IMG/VR virus record: IMGVR_UViG_3300028920_001457
Location: 1-64,000 of that record
Source of the DNA: a virus
DNA: 64,000 nt
Direction: 5' to 3' (one strand)
The notes under the pieces are model-generated. The model saw nothing but the letters and a program-made list of their open reading frames with translations. It was not told the origin of the DNA and did no database searches. This document shows positions 10,569 to 23,810 of the stretch, one piece after another; positions within the stretch are counted from its first letter, which is position 1, and each line of letters starts with the position of its first letter. The position numbers were made by a program, and so were the translations under genes.

Positions 10569-10970
10569 TCATATTATTTTTTCTGCTCTCAGCATCCCAA
10601 CAATCTCATAAAAAGATTTCTTATCCATGACGACAACCTCTCCCTTGTTAGGCTTTTTGTGGATAATAATATTATAATTCTCATTTTGTGGCATAGCCTT
10701 TAGCACATCTTGATAAGCAGGGGCGTGAGACCACCTTTTCGCCTGTATCTGGAATGGCGGGGTGTTGGTAAAGTCCACAAGCTGGTCGTCCAATTGTTTG
10801 GACGCATATCTTGTCGTTTGGCATTCGTCCCAACCAAGATCAATCAGTTCCCGCCTGATTTGTCTTTCGTAGGTGTGTCCCACTGCCCTCGAATTGCTTT
10901 TCTTACTCATAATAGCCATCAAAATCATCCATCCCCGCAAAAGCAAGTTCATCAATAATATCATAATCAT
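10569..10970 (-). CDS. PD-(D/E)XK nuclease, Holliday-junction-resolvase-like
   Basis: NSRAVGHTYERQI...D...IQAKR; likely start at MSKKSN. Confidence 0.65.
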   Translation of the reverse strand: MIMILLMNLLLRGWMILMAIMSKKSNSRAVGHTYERQIRRELIDLGWDECQTTRYASKQLDDQLVDFTNTPPFQIQAKRWSHAPAYQDVLKAMPQNENYNIIIHKKPNKGEVVVMDKKSFYEIVGMLRAEKII

Positions 10971-11020
10971 TGATTACATTGCCAAATTCGTTTTTTAGTT
11001 CACTGAGCGTCTCTTTAAAT

Positions 11021-11404
11021 TCACGCTCTTGCTTTCTGTTTTTTGTCGTTTTCTTTGTCATCATTTCTAAGGTTTAAATAAGTTAATAATGCGTTATATA
11101 CTAATTTGGTCTTTTCCGAGCCGTAAAATTCACCACTTAAATCTTCCTTAATCTTTTTATAATGATAAAGCATATTGCTATGCGACCTGTAACCCAGAAT
11201 GCCCGCAATGTCCCACAAAGTACATGCGGTATAGTCATAAAGCAATACTATTATATATTTCTTCTTACCCCATAGCGGGGAACGTGTGCCTGCGTTGTCT
11301 TTTATTGCATCCCTAGGCACACCAAAATATTCACAACACCCACTTAAGATTTTATTTACCATCTCCGGGTGTGTCATTATTTTCTTGCTGTCAGTAGTAT
11401 CCAT
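11021..11404 (-). CDS. DnaA C-terminal-like helix-turn-helix DNA-binding protein
   Basis: CEYFGV...TLWDIAGILGYRSHSNMLY resembles DnaA domain IV. Confidence 0.55.
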   Translation of the reverse strand: MDTTDSKKIMTHPEMVNKILSGCCEYFGVPRDAIKDNAGTRSPLWGKKKYIIVLLYDYTACTLWDIAGILGYRSHSNMLYHYKKIKEDLSGEFYGSEKTKLVYNALLTYLNLRNDDKENDKKQKARA

Positions 11405-11790
11405 AATGCTTTTAGTTCTTCATAAGTAAAATCGCCCCTTTCCCTTACCGTATCATTCTCGTGTTCATATAATGTATATCTGTCTTTAGCATATTTTGTC
11501 AACTCGAGATAGCTTTTTGTACCCGTAACTATTGTGCGGGCTGAGTCAAATCTGTTGTTGTTAAGAGAAAATCTCATTTGTTTGTTGTCTTTGGTTCTTC
11601 GTTGTCATCACCCCTATAAAAAAGACTGTGGGGATCATTACTGTCAAAACTTGATTCTGGGATTAATGTCACCCGTGTTGCCTCTGCAACCTTTTCCCAG
11701 TCTACGGGATATTTTATTTTACACTTTTTCTTGGTTTTATAACTCATTTGGGTTCAAAAGTAAAACAGTTTTTTAACAATTCCAAATATT

Positions 11791-12306
11791 TCAGTCAAAA
11801 AGTTCGGTTTTATCTTCACTTTTCTCTATTTTTCTTTGTATCCTCTCCCACGCCAACCTATCATCTTTCTTTAATCTTTCAAGAAAATCATTCCAATAGG
11901 GTTGTTTCTTAAACCAGGCTATTGTTTTGTGTTCGAGATTATAATTACATTCGCAGTGCATCAGCCGCCAATGTTTCTCATCCCTGTAATTATCCCCAAC
12001 CCGCCCAAGGCTATGCTCAATAGTACAATACCTTGTGTCGGAAGACTGATCGAACGGCTCAAGACATAGATAACAATAATATTTCCCTTCATCTTTACAT
12101 TTTTGTATGAATGCCTTGCGTTGGTCTGTGTATCTTATGTGTTCCCCTTTTCTTTTCTTGCTTTCTTTGGGTATTGGTTTTTGTCTTTTGCGTGGTCTGG
12201 ATTTGTACAGGTCACCGCCTTTCATATAGCGACGAAATTGATGATATTTGCAAAGGTTTTTCGCAAATGCCGGTCTGTCGCAACCAGGTTCTATGCAGGT
12301 CTTCAT
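11791..12306 (-). CDS. Zn-binding HNH/NinG-like nuclease
   Basis: C..PGC...LC.YH N-terminus, CYLC, TIEH...HCECN. Confidence 0.45.
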   Translation of the reverse strand: MKTCIEPGCDRPAFAKNLCKYHQFRRYMKGGDLYKSRPRKRQKPIPKESKKRKGEHIRYTDQRKAFIQKCKDEGKYYCYLCLEPFDQSSDTRYCTIEHSLGRVGDNYRDEKHWRLMHCECNYNLEHKTIAWFKKQPYWNDFLERLKKDDRLAWERIQRKIEKSEDKTELFD

Positions 12307-12308
12307 TA

Positions 12309-15300
12309 TTAAATAAATTTAACATTCAAATCAATACTGTCGGCATACCAATCCCTTTCCATACCCTCTGTTGTTTCTTTACCCAACTCCCATGTAAAGT
12401 CATGCAGGAATTCGTAGTATGGGTTGCCATAGGGGTTAACTATCTTTTCATCGTCTTTATCCCATGTTAGAAAGGCGTTATAGAAATCCCTGAAGGATAT
12501 TTTCATTAGGATATCGTTTGCATAGTCTTTTGCACGGTTTGCTATCTCTTCAAATTTTTCGTTATAGGGATAGGTTGCTTTTACATACCATCTATTCTTA
12601 TGTTGGATTAAGTGGTACAATAGCCTAACTTCTGATTTTTTTGATTTCATCTCACAAAATTATTTATTATTGCCATTACAAGTGCTGTGCCGCCTGCTAT
12701 AAGCCCGCAAAAGAACACAACAACTACTATTATAGATATTAGCTTTTGTCCTTTGGTATACTGATATTCTTTTATCGTCTCTTGTGCGAATTTTTCTTTT
12801 GTATCCATGATTGTTTTATTTATACACCATCTTCAAATGACGGATGCGGTCTTTCTTCTCTTGCCTCATCATCGTCTTTAAGGTCTTTGGTAGTTACTTT
12901 TTGCTGTTTTTCTTCCCACACTAATCTATACTCATTCCCGAACATATCACCAGTTTCTTGATGCTGTCCCACATGATTAAAAGGTAATTCACAATGAAAT
13001 GTACAAGAATTATCACCAAAATCATCACCAAATTCTATTGAAGCATTGCATCTTTTTACTTTTTTCATATCATTCAAGTTTAAAATCCTCTATTTCTTAA
13101 TCTTCCTTGAGGCTTGGTTTATAAATTTTACGTTAACCCAATATTCTTCATAACTATTGGATTTCCTCATTTGTTCAGGTGTAACCCACTCAAACCATCT
13201 TGTTTCAGTCGGTGTCCAAATAGGGAAAAATGCAAATCTTTTTATGATTCTTTTTTCTCCTTCTTTATAATTCCTTCTTTTCATAGTTCTCTATTTTAAG
13301 TTAAACCTAATTCCTTTCTGAGTTCGCTTATCTTTTGACGGAGATGGTCTGCCCTAATTATTTCTTCTTCTGATACTCCACATACCTTATGAACCATTGG
13401 CCTTAATTCCTCATACAACCCTACCAGTTCTTCCAGCTTGGATGTGCGGTCATTAAATTTAATCTTAAACCAATCCATTATCTGACGTTGGGAAAAATTG
13501 AATCCACCTTCAGTATCCCATTCAATAAATTCTTTTTCTATTTTTAACCATTCTGTTTTTTTCATTTCTTTGAGTTTAAATAATCGTTAATGTATATTCT
13601 TTCTGCCTTTTTATATACATCTCTCTCTGTGTCTCCAATATTAAATAAATGTGAATATTTATTATTATCATATCCGATACTCATTCCTGTTGTCAGTCCA
13701 TTTGTTTTAGTTACGGAATAAATATGTATTTGACTCCTGCCTCTTTTCCTAAGTTTTTTTAATAGCCTTGTTTTCATCACTTTAGGTTTATATATTCGTC
13801 AATCATCACCCTGCATCCGGGAACGTGCCCATTTAGCACCATGTCTTGCTCCATGATTATAGTTATTAAGTAATCTCATATTGATTAATTCAGCTGAACC
13901 CTTATAAGCTGTAAATTCAGAAGATTGTATTAAAGAAAATTCCTTCTCTATCTCCTCATCTGTCAGTCCTGCGGGTTCTGCTGGCTTGAGAGTATATTCA
14001 ATATCGGTATCATTTATTTTGTCCTCGCACCATGTGACTTCACCATGATGGTTTAAATCCTTAAAATCTTCATCTTGCAATAATTCATCCTTATCAAATC
14101 CCAAATTAAGATATATCTTCTTTGGAATATTTTTTATCTGTGCTTTCATTGTGAGTTAGATTTTATATTTAGTTTTCAATAATTTAAGTATATCATCAAA
14201 TTGCTTCTGTACCCATTTTTCAACTTGGTATTTAACTTCGGTTTCGGTTTCAGCCTCAAAATCCTTACTTACTATTTCAACAAAATCACCTTTGGTATGA
14301 AGCAAAATATTACTTGTGGCACTTGGTTTAATATCATTATTGGAATTTGTTTCAATAGATACTTTTCCGCTTTCGTTATGAGTTATTATTCCCATGCCAC
14401 CTCCACGTGGCCAATACCGAGTACTAATAGTCAATATTTCACCATCATAATCCTTTTTGCCCTGACAATCATCTGTCCATTCTGCTGTTGGTTCCATAAT
14501 ACACCTCCTATTTATTAGTTTCTTTTTCAGGATATTTTTTCATACCACCATACCACATTCTTTTGCAATTAGAGCAGCCTTCGTTAAGCATATTATCCAG
14601 CTCATCAAAAGACATCTCATAACCGCAATAAGGACAGGTACGGTTAAATACAAATGTTTCGGCATCGTCTTTATAAAGAAATGATGCCATCAGTTTGCCT
14701 TCATATCTCACAAACCAGTAATCGTTTGTTCCCTGTGTTATAGTATATTTTTTCATTTCCCTTTGATTTCAGTTAGCCAGTAGTTGAATATGTCGCTAAA
14801 TGTCACTTGATTTCCGTCCATATCAAAATATTCATTATCACCATATATGTCTGTTCCTGCCTCAAAGTATTCAGAAAAGTCCATTACACACCATTCAGCA
14901 AACTCCATATACAGTTCATGGATTTCTTTGGCAAGAGAATTAAATTGAGCCTCATGTATTACTATTCCAAACCCAAAGATATTTGATGCATCCGCATATC
15001 TGTTTAATATTTCAAGTATCTTTTCCATTGTTATTCGGGGTTAGTGATATTCATACATTGTTTTAATTGATGATATATTGCAAATTGCATTTCATATAAT
15101 CTTAACGAATGCCATTTGTGGTTTTCATCTAAGCCAGATTCTTTTAGTATTCTTTTTGCATTTTTTAATGCTATTTCTCTTGCTTTTTGCATTTTTCCAT
15201 AATCGCTATTCATATCATTATATTTTAGTTAGTCTTTATCTTTCCGTCTCGCATGGCTTTAGGTATCTTATTATCTCTTATGGCAATAGCTCCATGTTTC

Positions 15301-16532
15301 CAGCCCAGCCAATAGCCCCTTTCAAAATCATTGGCATTATCAGGTAATATATTATCATTCGCTATTGTTGCCCATTTCTCAATATCTTCATCACTCACTT
15401 CATCCTTGTTTTGTGAGGCAAATTCAAGCATGGCTTCAATAACTTCATCTCTGTAATAAAATTCACCTTGTTGTATTGGTTCTTTTATGTCGAGATTATC
15501 TAATACCTCTTCTGCTCTCTGTCTGTCTGTTTTCATATCTGTAAGTTTAATTTAATATCCGGTAATATGTGGTAATAATATTTTCACTAATTCCTCTGTC
15601 TATAAGGCTATTATCATTAATGTTCGGTAATATCCGGTAAATCTAAAAGCATCTTTATTTCTAATGGACAATATGGTAACCTTTCCCCCCTTGATATACT
15701 GGCAGTATCAAAATCTAAACCAGCATAAGTACACCACTTTCCTTCCACACCCACATATTTATATTTACAAGAATGACAGTCATGTGGCAAAGGTGATATA
15801 TCACAACTCGCAATCTTTTTGAATATTTCATCACGCTGTTTCTTATTATAGCAATGTTCTTTTAATGCTTCTATATATTTCTCCATATCTGTAGGCTTAA
15901 TTTATTTGTTGTATCTCGCCAATATGGCGAGTATTTGGCGACTTATAATATTTCCTCATAATAACCTTATTGATTAAATAAAACAAACACAGTCAATAGG
16001 GCTAACAAAGCAATAATAAAGAATGCTCTGAAGATAAGTTCAGTAAGTGGTATTCTTTTTCTCTTATCTTTCAATATCCATGGATTTAGCCCCATACCAC
16101 GCCTTGCAGTTTCATCGCTGACATATTCATTAATAAAATCCATGACACGACCAAACCTGAACATAACAGCGAGTATATATATAACGGCAAACACTATCCC
16201 CGCAAGAGCATACATATTGTCAGCCCACCAATGATTAACAAAACCCTTTATAAGCACTGCAACAAAAAACAGCCATAGGGTTAAATCAACAAAGTCTCTT
16301 CTTAAGTAATTAAATAGTTTTTTCATGTCTCTTGGTCTTTAGCGGGCTCATGCGTTGTCTTAACAAGCATATAACCCATATTATCTAATTCTTTAGCTAT
16401 ATCAGTTAGTTTTTGATATAGTGTTAAGCGTTCATCGAAGACAATTAATCCTCTTTGTAAATTAACACCACGCACCATCCTTAATGCGCATTTGTCCGCA
16501 GAATCAAATAATACATCTTTAGTCGTTTCCAT
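12309..16532 (-). other. Run of about 15 small hypothetical phage ORFs
   Basis: Tightly packed co-oriented 60-120 aa ORFs with A-rich initiation regions. Confidence 0.7.
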
Positions 16533-17271
16533 AAGTTAATTTATTAATTTCTTTTTCCAAATATAAAATAGCTCTTTTAAATATGGTAGTATTTTCGCAT
16601 GAAGCACCTAAAAGTCTATTACAATTATGGCACAAAACACCCCTGATAACCCCATTGCTATGGTCGTGGTCAATACATGCCCTTTTCTTACCATTCTTAA
16701 CGGTTATGGGGTTATTGCAAATCAAACATTTATTATTTTGAATTTTTAACAACATCTCAAGGTCGTCTTTACTAAGACCATATTGTAGGAGATAGCGAAA
16801 TTCATCGTTATTTCTTTTCCTTAAACATTTCTTGCACCCACCCCTATATCCACATTTAGTGTTCTTACATTTATAAAATTCAGAAAGAGGTTTTATTTCG
16901 CCACAAATATTACACAGTTTTTTCCCGTCCTTTATCTTAGAGGACGCCTCTCTCCTTAGAATAAACTCAGAAAAAGACGAATGTCTCCCACAGTCTCCAC
17001 AAAAATAATACTGATAATTTCGTTTATAATTACGCTTCCTTATATTAAGACTTCCACAATGTCTGCACTCCAGCCGGTCGGGATTATTCCATCTCTCTTT
17101 ACTCCTATCAACAGAGCAAAAAAAACGACCACAGCTACGACATAAATAACGGCGATCTTCCCCCTGGGGGAGTCCCTTCAAATATGCATTCCTATTCCAC
17201 CTCCCCTTAGATGTAATATTATTTCCCCCACAATAGGGGCAAGTTGTTCCTTTTATTATCACTCTCCGCAT
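16519..17271 (-). CDS. Endonuclease VII-type homing endonuclease with N-terminal zinc ribbons
   Basis: CLICN...IDHDH...IRGVLCHNCNRLLG; repeated CxxC. Start revised to MRRVIIKG (17271) because the upstream region is a structured leader. Confidence 0.8.
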   Translation of the reverse strand: MRRVIIKGTTCPYCGGNNITSKGRWNRNAYLKGLPQGEDRRYLCRSCGRFFCSVDRSKERWNNPDRLECRHCGSLNIRKRNYKRNYQYYFCGDCGRHSSFSEFILRREASSKIKDGKKLCNICGEIKPLSEFYKCKNTKCGYRGGCKKCLRKRNNDEFRYLLQYGLSKDDLEMLLKIQNNKCLICNNPITVKNGKKRACIDHDHSNGVIRGVLCHNCNRLLGASCENTTIFKRAILYLEKEINKLTYGND

Positions 17272-17952
17272 TGCGATTAATATAAAAGCCCCTCCAACAG
17301 ACGGCCTATAACTCACATCGCAAGGATAGAATTCACCTATTTTCGGGGCAATGTTATTTTTAATTGTAAACACGATGTATGTTATAAGCGATACAAAGAT
17401 AGTCATTTGTTTTGAGTTCGCTTTTTCCATAATGCTTTTTAATCTTAATTTCTTGTCAAATGTAAAATGCTTTTTTGACATTTCCAAATATTTTAGCGAT
17501 TATTTTTACTTTTGGCGGGATTTTTCTACCACCAGTAAACATTATACCTTGTATTTTTTAATTTAAGCGTGTTTTTAGCGTGTTTAAGACATTTTCTTGC
17601 AAAAGTGGGTGTGTACCCCCACCAAAAGAACAAAGTCCTTTAAATCGCTTTATTTTGCCTGTTCCTCGATTGTTTTGTCAATATTATCAACCAATGCTTG
17701 ACAAAACCCCATTATAAACGGATCATTTGTTTGTCTTGATGGGGAATTTAAAACCACGGTCTTAATGCGCTGCCTAACGCGGTCTAATTCCCTTGCCAAT
17801 AATAATTCTCGTTGTGTGTGAATTTGGGTTGCATAATCGTCCATTATTTTGTGTAATAACGGATCATTTGTTCCACGTATAAAAGCCTTTGCTTTCGATG
17901 GATAGTCCTCACAAAACTCTCTTGAATTTTTCATCATTATAAATTTTTATGG

Positions 17953-18447
17953 TTAAACAATACTTTTTAATTTACTTATATATCTTTTGTCGGTTGCATA
18001 GGGCAAGTCCTTAAGAAAAGTGTAATAATCCCTTAAATCATGCCCCTTTTTTATGTAGAAGTCCTGCCATAGCTTATAATCAATTACGCTATTTAGCCAA
18101 TGGTCATATTTAGCATGGTGTTTATATATTCCCGTTGCTTTTGTCGGGCGTACCCTCGCATAGCGCATACCAAAACAATTAAACCCCTGTTTGAAAATAT
18201 CACTACGGAAGTTACCCGTTTCGTGGACTGCTTGGCGAAACGCTATTTCGGGTGATCTTATTTCCAGGTAATAAATAGCCTCTTTCAAAAGTTCGGGTGA
18301 AAATGGTTTGGTGTAAATCTCTTCAAAAAATAAATGCTTTTTAAGGTTAAATACTCTTTTTTGATTTTCTTGTGTGGATGTCAGCGGGGGGCAACCCGCA
18401 AGTAGGGGAAGCCCCGCAAAAGCTATTAATAACAATAGTTTTTTCAT
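17953..18447 (-). CDS. Glucosaminidase-like (GH73/lysozyme-fold) peptidoglycan hydrolase with signal/lipoprotein N-terminus
   Basis: QAVHETG.F.S...NCFGM...YATDKRY; N-terminal hydrophobic LLAGC. Confidence 0.7.
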   Translation of the reverse strand: MKKLLLLIAFAGLPLLAGCPPLTSTQENQKRVFNLKKHLFFEEIYTKPFSPELLKEAIYYLEIRSPEIAFRQAVHETGNFRSDIFKQGFNCFGMRYARVRPTKATGIYKHHAKYDHWLNSVIDYKLWQDFYIKKGHDLRDYYTFLKDLPYATDKRYISKLKSIV

Positions 18448-18481
18448 ATTATCCTAATTTTTAATGATTTGCAAAGATAGA

Positions 18482-21400
18482 CTATTCCCACAATAGTTCT
18501 TTTAGCTTAAGGATTGTAAGTTTTATTATCTCTTTTGCCGGATCATCACAATCTGTTCTTATGTGTGGTATCATTTTTTCAACTTCTCTTTGCACAAGTC
18601 CTGTAATTATTTCTGATGCCAGGTTAAGAACGGAATGTTCATCTGTTTTTAGTTCTGTCTTATTCATGGTTTAATCTTTTAGCGGTGAATATTCCTTATA
18701 TCCATTTGCGATTAATTCATTAATAAAGCCGTTCAGTTTATTTTTGTTTTTGAACGGTGCAATATCATAAAAATCGCTTCCGTCTTTGTGTTTTTTTATT
18801 CCGTTATGATAGCAAACCAGGTATTTTACCTTGCCAACATTGAACATTAATCTATATGTTTTCATTTTATTAAGTTTTAAAGATTAATAACTATTTACAT
18901 TTCTTAATTCATTGAGTTCTTTTAAATACCTGTCATAATTTCGTCTTTTGACTACTTTAAGATTATAGCCTAAAGATTCCAATTCGCTTTTTAAGTCAGC
19001 ATATTCATTTTCTTTAGCCGGTTTTGCGTTTTTCATACAAGCCGAATATTCAGCCCCGCCATGTTGACCAATGTGCATATAACTACTGATCCCGCCCGTA
19101 TAGTCCCATATATCATAAGGGAATAGGGCTATTATTTCGTTGTCTTCAGGAAATCGCCTAAAGATCACTTCTGTAATAAATTCATCTTTTTTCATAATTT
19201 CTAATTTTAATAGTTAGTCATTTTCTCTTAACCATGCCTGAAAATCACCAGGCATAGGATATGTTTTACTTATGACGCCCTCAATTTCAAGAACGAGTTT
19301 TCCTTTTTGTTCATATATAGAAAAGTCGGCGCCTAGAGGCTTACTGAATTCCAAATAGAATTCCTGTATTAAGTCATTTGTTTTTGTCATAAAAATAGTT
19401 TTTATTCAATAAATTCAATACCTGAATGAGTAAATTCAATACCTGAATGAGTTTGGCAATCCAAACACCAAGTATCTTCGTCTTCAATTTCCTCTAAATA
19501 ATCAAGGGAATTTTCATCGGTAAGTAAGTTGTGCCAAATTTTGGCCTCAACATTTTCACTACCACATTTTTTGCATACAATTTTTGTCTTCATAATAAAA
19601 CGCTTTTTAATGGTTAATACTAATTTTATAATTTTATTCTTCGTTTGAATCAATTATTTTAGCTGACTGATAAGCCATTGGCAGGGTTAAATATCCGCGC
19701 CGCCTAAAGTTATTCCACATTTTATTTATAGCCTCTTCGCTGTTTTCCGCAAAGACTATTTCAGTACCTAAATAAGTACCATACTGATATTTGATAGTAT
19801 ATTTTTTCATCTGCAATATTTGTTAAAAAATTCAAATTCCTTTTGCATATCTGCCTCAATTTCTTCGTTTGTGGCAATTCCCGCCCCTATTCTATTGGGT
19901 AAATCCATTTGTTCACCCCTTAATTCCATGCTTAAAAGCATATCATTAAAATAATCATATTCTGCCCTTGTTATTTCAATAAACGAACCGTCTTTAAAAT
20001 AAAGATTATAGCAAGGTATTTGTTCGGAACACTTTTTTTCGTATTCTTCCTGTTCTTTGCCATTCATCCTGTTATATTTCGTTCTGTTAAATTCACAACG
20101 GTTTTTAGTTTCCCCTTTGGCGGTTGATCCTTTGGCAATTTGCAGTTTTATCCACTCTCTTCGGGTCATTATCCCTTCTTCGTACCCTATCAATTTGTTG
20201 AGGGTAAATTCTGCTTTTTGTTCTTTGATTGTTTTCATAACGCTTTTTAATTAAAGGTTAATATTCTTAAAATCTTATGTTCTTTTTGTGTACTCTTATT
20301 CTTTCGCCCGGTTTGTGATCCCTGCAAAAGCTTAATAACTCTACTAAATATGCATTTTTATCATTTTTTATTATTTCAACTAATGACTTTCGCGGGATCA
20401 ATAACCCGCTAGGGCTATCATATTCTTTATAGTAATATTGTGCTATCATTTACTATTTATTCGTTTTATTACCTTAATAGATTTCCTTGCAATGTATTTA
20501 TTATTTAGGCTTAAGCAAAGTTTACTTATTGCCTGGTTTTTACTTTTAGCCGGAATTATCAATACCTGAGAATCCCGCACAAAAGGACTATTAAATTGTA
20601 GTTTGTATAACATAACTTAATATTTTAGTCAGTATATTTCTTTGATAGTGCAATACTACAATACAATATTAATATAACAACTGTCAGTATTATTTGTGTT
20701 ATTGTCATTTGACTTTTTCTATTTCCTCAAATAACATTCTTGCCGGCTGATTTCTCCCTGGTGTCTCTTTCCAATAACCAAAAGCAAAATAATTGTATTT
20801 TGTATTGATTTTCCTTACAACCGGCGGGAGATGTTCTATAATAAATACCGATCCCGTGGGGACAAAACTATCGTTTGACTTATAGTCAACTAATGTTTTT
20901 ACTTTGTCATTTACTTTAAATTTCATTGTTTTTTATTTTTAAGAGTTATTTTAAGCCGTTTTAAAGCACTTTCGCGGTTTAGTTGATATGTAACCCCGCT
21001 AGAGATCAAAAGTCCTTTAAATAGTGTTAAATTGATTCAAATCAGTCAAAATATATTCACCGCTTTTTATCTTTGCCTCAGTCTCTTTTTTTGTTTCATT
21101 TAAAAACTGATTACGATATTTACCGGTTGTTACTGAATAATCCCAGTAACTTTCATCAATCTGAATTTTACCGCTAAGTGGTTTGAATGCTATAATACTA
21201 TTATAAGACTGAAAATAACATCCCTTGTCTGTAAATAACCTGAATTGATTTCTAACAGGATCACCGTTAGTATTTACAAACTGTTCTACTTTACAATTAA
21301 TTGATTTCATAACATTTGATTTTAGGTTAATACTAATTTATTAATTCATTTGAGCCGTTGCGGGTAACGATCCCGCCAAAAGCTCCAGAGAACGGCTAAT

Positions 21401-22434
21401 TTCCACTAAAGTTCTAAAAGACAGTTACAATAATACATACTATTACCGCACCTATCAAATAGACTTTAATAATTAAGTTAACAATTTTAATACGTTTCAT
21501 AATTTTATGGTTTTATAATGGTTTAAGTTCACTTCAAGCAAATCACATTTGTCGCGCCTTGCTTTCATTTCTGCGTTAATAATGGCCCGTTGTTGATTAT
21601 CTTCCATGAAAGATTCAACGCCGGGATCGGCCAATATCTCACAACTCAAACAGTCAATATTATCAGTTAATTGAGCTATTTTAGTCATCTTACCGTTTTT
21701 CAATTCATTATAGTTTTTATAAATGCCATAATGATAAGTAACTGTTTTCATATCTTTAATTTTTTGGTTAATTTACACCCGCATAGTTTTGTAAATACGG
21801 GCGCTATCATTATTTACGCGGACTTTAGACCGCCAAAAGACTCCAAAGAACGGCTAAAGAATAGTAAAAACAACAGCCAGGATGCACGCTAAAGCTAAAT
21901 ACAAATAAACTGCATATTTAACTACATTTAAAAATACTTTTATAACTTTCATAGTTTAATAAATTAATGGTTAATATTATAATTTACTCGCATACTTTAT
22001 TTCTTTTTCAAGTCTTAATAGTGTACGTTCATGCACAAGCCTACATTCAAGATTTGATTCCCAACCCTCTTTCAAGGTAGCCCAATAACTTATCCCGTCG
22101 TCATCTTCCTTATGAATTTCAACAAGCCTGTCAGAATACTTACCCATTAATCTTTGTATTGTCCTCATCTCTTTATTTTTTAGTTAATATTAAAACACGC
22201 TAAATTAATTATAAAGTGCTATTTAATATCAAATAATTGTTGTAATTCTGGAATTAATCCAGATTCGTCCCCCCATTGGTTAGTCCTGCTATCTTTAAAC
22301 ATCCTGCAGCCTAATATAATCGGGGTTAAGTCTTTATATTTTAGTGCATGATATACATAGCTCGCTAATGTCCCGGCTTGGTTGCGTGTAAAACCTAATG
22401 TCATAATTTTGGTACAGATTTCTACTAGTGTCAT
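18482..22434 (-). other. Early-region cluster of small hypothetical ORFs with AT-rich spacers
   Basis: Many 60-140 aa ORFs, typical of a host-takeover region. Confidence 0.65.
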
Positions 22435-22606
22435 ATCCTTGATTTTTGGTTAATATTAATGTCTGCTAAAGTAATACTATACTGCAATATTAAAACTAAT
22501 ATTTGAATTGACAATACAAAAAATCAATTATTTTGTTAATAGACTGAAATTTAGATTGATTCTAAATAATACCGATTGATTATCAGTACGTTAGCGTAAA
22601 AACCCG

Positions 22607-22972
22607 CTAGAGTTCAATATTATACTTCTCAGCAAATAAATACAATTCCTTATTGTATGACTCTTCTATTTCTTTGACAATACCAGTAACCTGGTCTGAT
22701 ACATTGTAAAGAGTACGGCCGGCATAAGTCTTGCCAGAATCAACAATAAAACCACGCTTAAGCAATACATTGAAATATACTATAATCTTATTATAATCAA
22801 AGTATGTAACGAATTTCATTATAGCCGTTTTGGTGAATCCTTCCTTAATCAACCTACTGTAAACATAACAACCATGTAGCACTAAAGAACAGTTAACAGA
22901 CAGATTGTATTTAACCTTTAACACCTTCAGTATCCTGAATGATAAAAGAATTATATAATGAAATGATTGCAT
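22607..22972 (-). CDS. Putative winged-helix DNA-binding protein
   Basis: LLKRGFIV...RTLYNVS wing-like motif. Confidence 0.4.
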   Translation of the reverse strand: MQSFHYIILLSFRILKVLKVKYNLSVNCSLVLHGCYVYSRLIKEGFTKTAIMKFVTYFDYNKIIVYFNVLLKRGFIVDSGKTYAGRTLYNVSDQVTGIVKEIEESYNKELYLFAEKYNIEL

Positions 22973-23810
22973 AGTGATATCATTTTAATATCATTCATTT
23001 TATTAATTCCTTTGCGTTTGTTCGTGTTAGCCGCATAAAATCAGGCTATTAACCCCGCTTATTGAATTGGTATTCATGTATTGATAACTGTTATTATATT
23101 TTTCCTATAATACATATTATGTCAAATAGGATTTTATTAGTAAATATTAAGACCCTGTTATTCAGCCCGTTAACTCTTGCCTTTTTATGGTGATCCTGGC
23201 ACATTTGCATACATTTTAAACTGTTTTGTGTAAAAAAGAATTCTTATTTAGGGTGCGGGGGTTCGATTTTTTGCGATCTGAACAAAAAACAACACCCCTT
23301 ATTTTTAACATAGACCTCCCCTGTATATCGTTGTTCAGTAGCATAATATGTTTACATATATCCGTTCCCATATAGTCTTACCCATGTGCAGCAGCTAGCG
23401 AAATCTCCCCTAACACCCGTGGTTTCATATTCGTCTATACTTGGGTTTAATCTCAGGATTTCGTAATGATAGTTGTGATTGCCTGTATATCCGATAAATT
23501 GCACTTTGTATTCCATTTTCTATTAGATATGGTTTATTGTTCTGTTGTCAGTTTTACTATGTAGTTGTTTAGTGTTATTGCTTTAGCGGGTTGTATGTTA
23601 GACACTGTATTTCTGTGTGTATTGGTTATTTCTGCTACTTTGTTTTTACGGTTTGTGATGTAGATATCCATTGTGAGCATATTTATTATGACGTAGTATT
23701 GTCTGTAGTTTGTTTTCTTCATGGGTATAAAAAGTGTTTATTCGGATATATTCACTCTTTTTGTGCAAAGATAGGGGTTTTTGTTTTATATGGTAGCATG
23801 GGCGGGTTTG

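Noticed and set aside
17272-17487. N-terminal extension of the Endo VII ORF in the ORF track
   Set aside because: Overlaps a structured leader and AT-rich promoter region; the ATG at 17271 is more plausible.
19411-19452. 21-bp tandem duplication (THSGIEF twice)
   Set aside because: Simple local in-frame duplication with no further structure.
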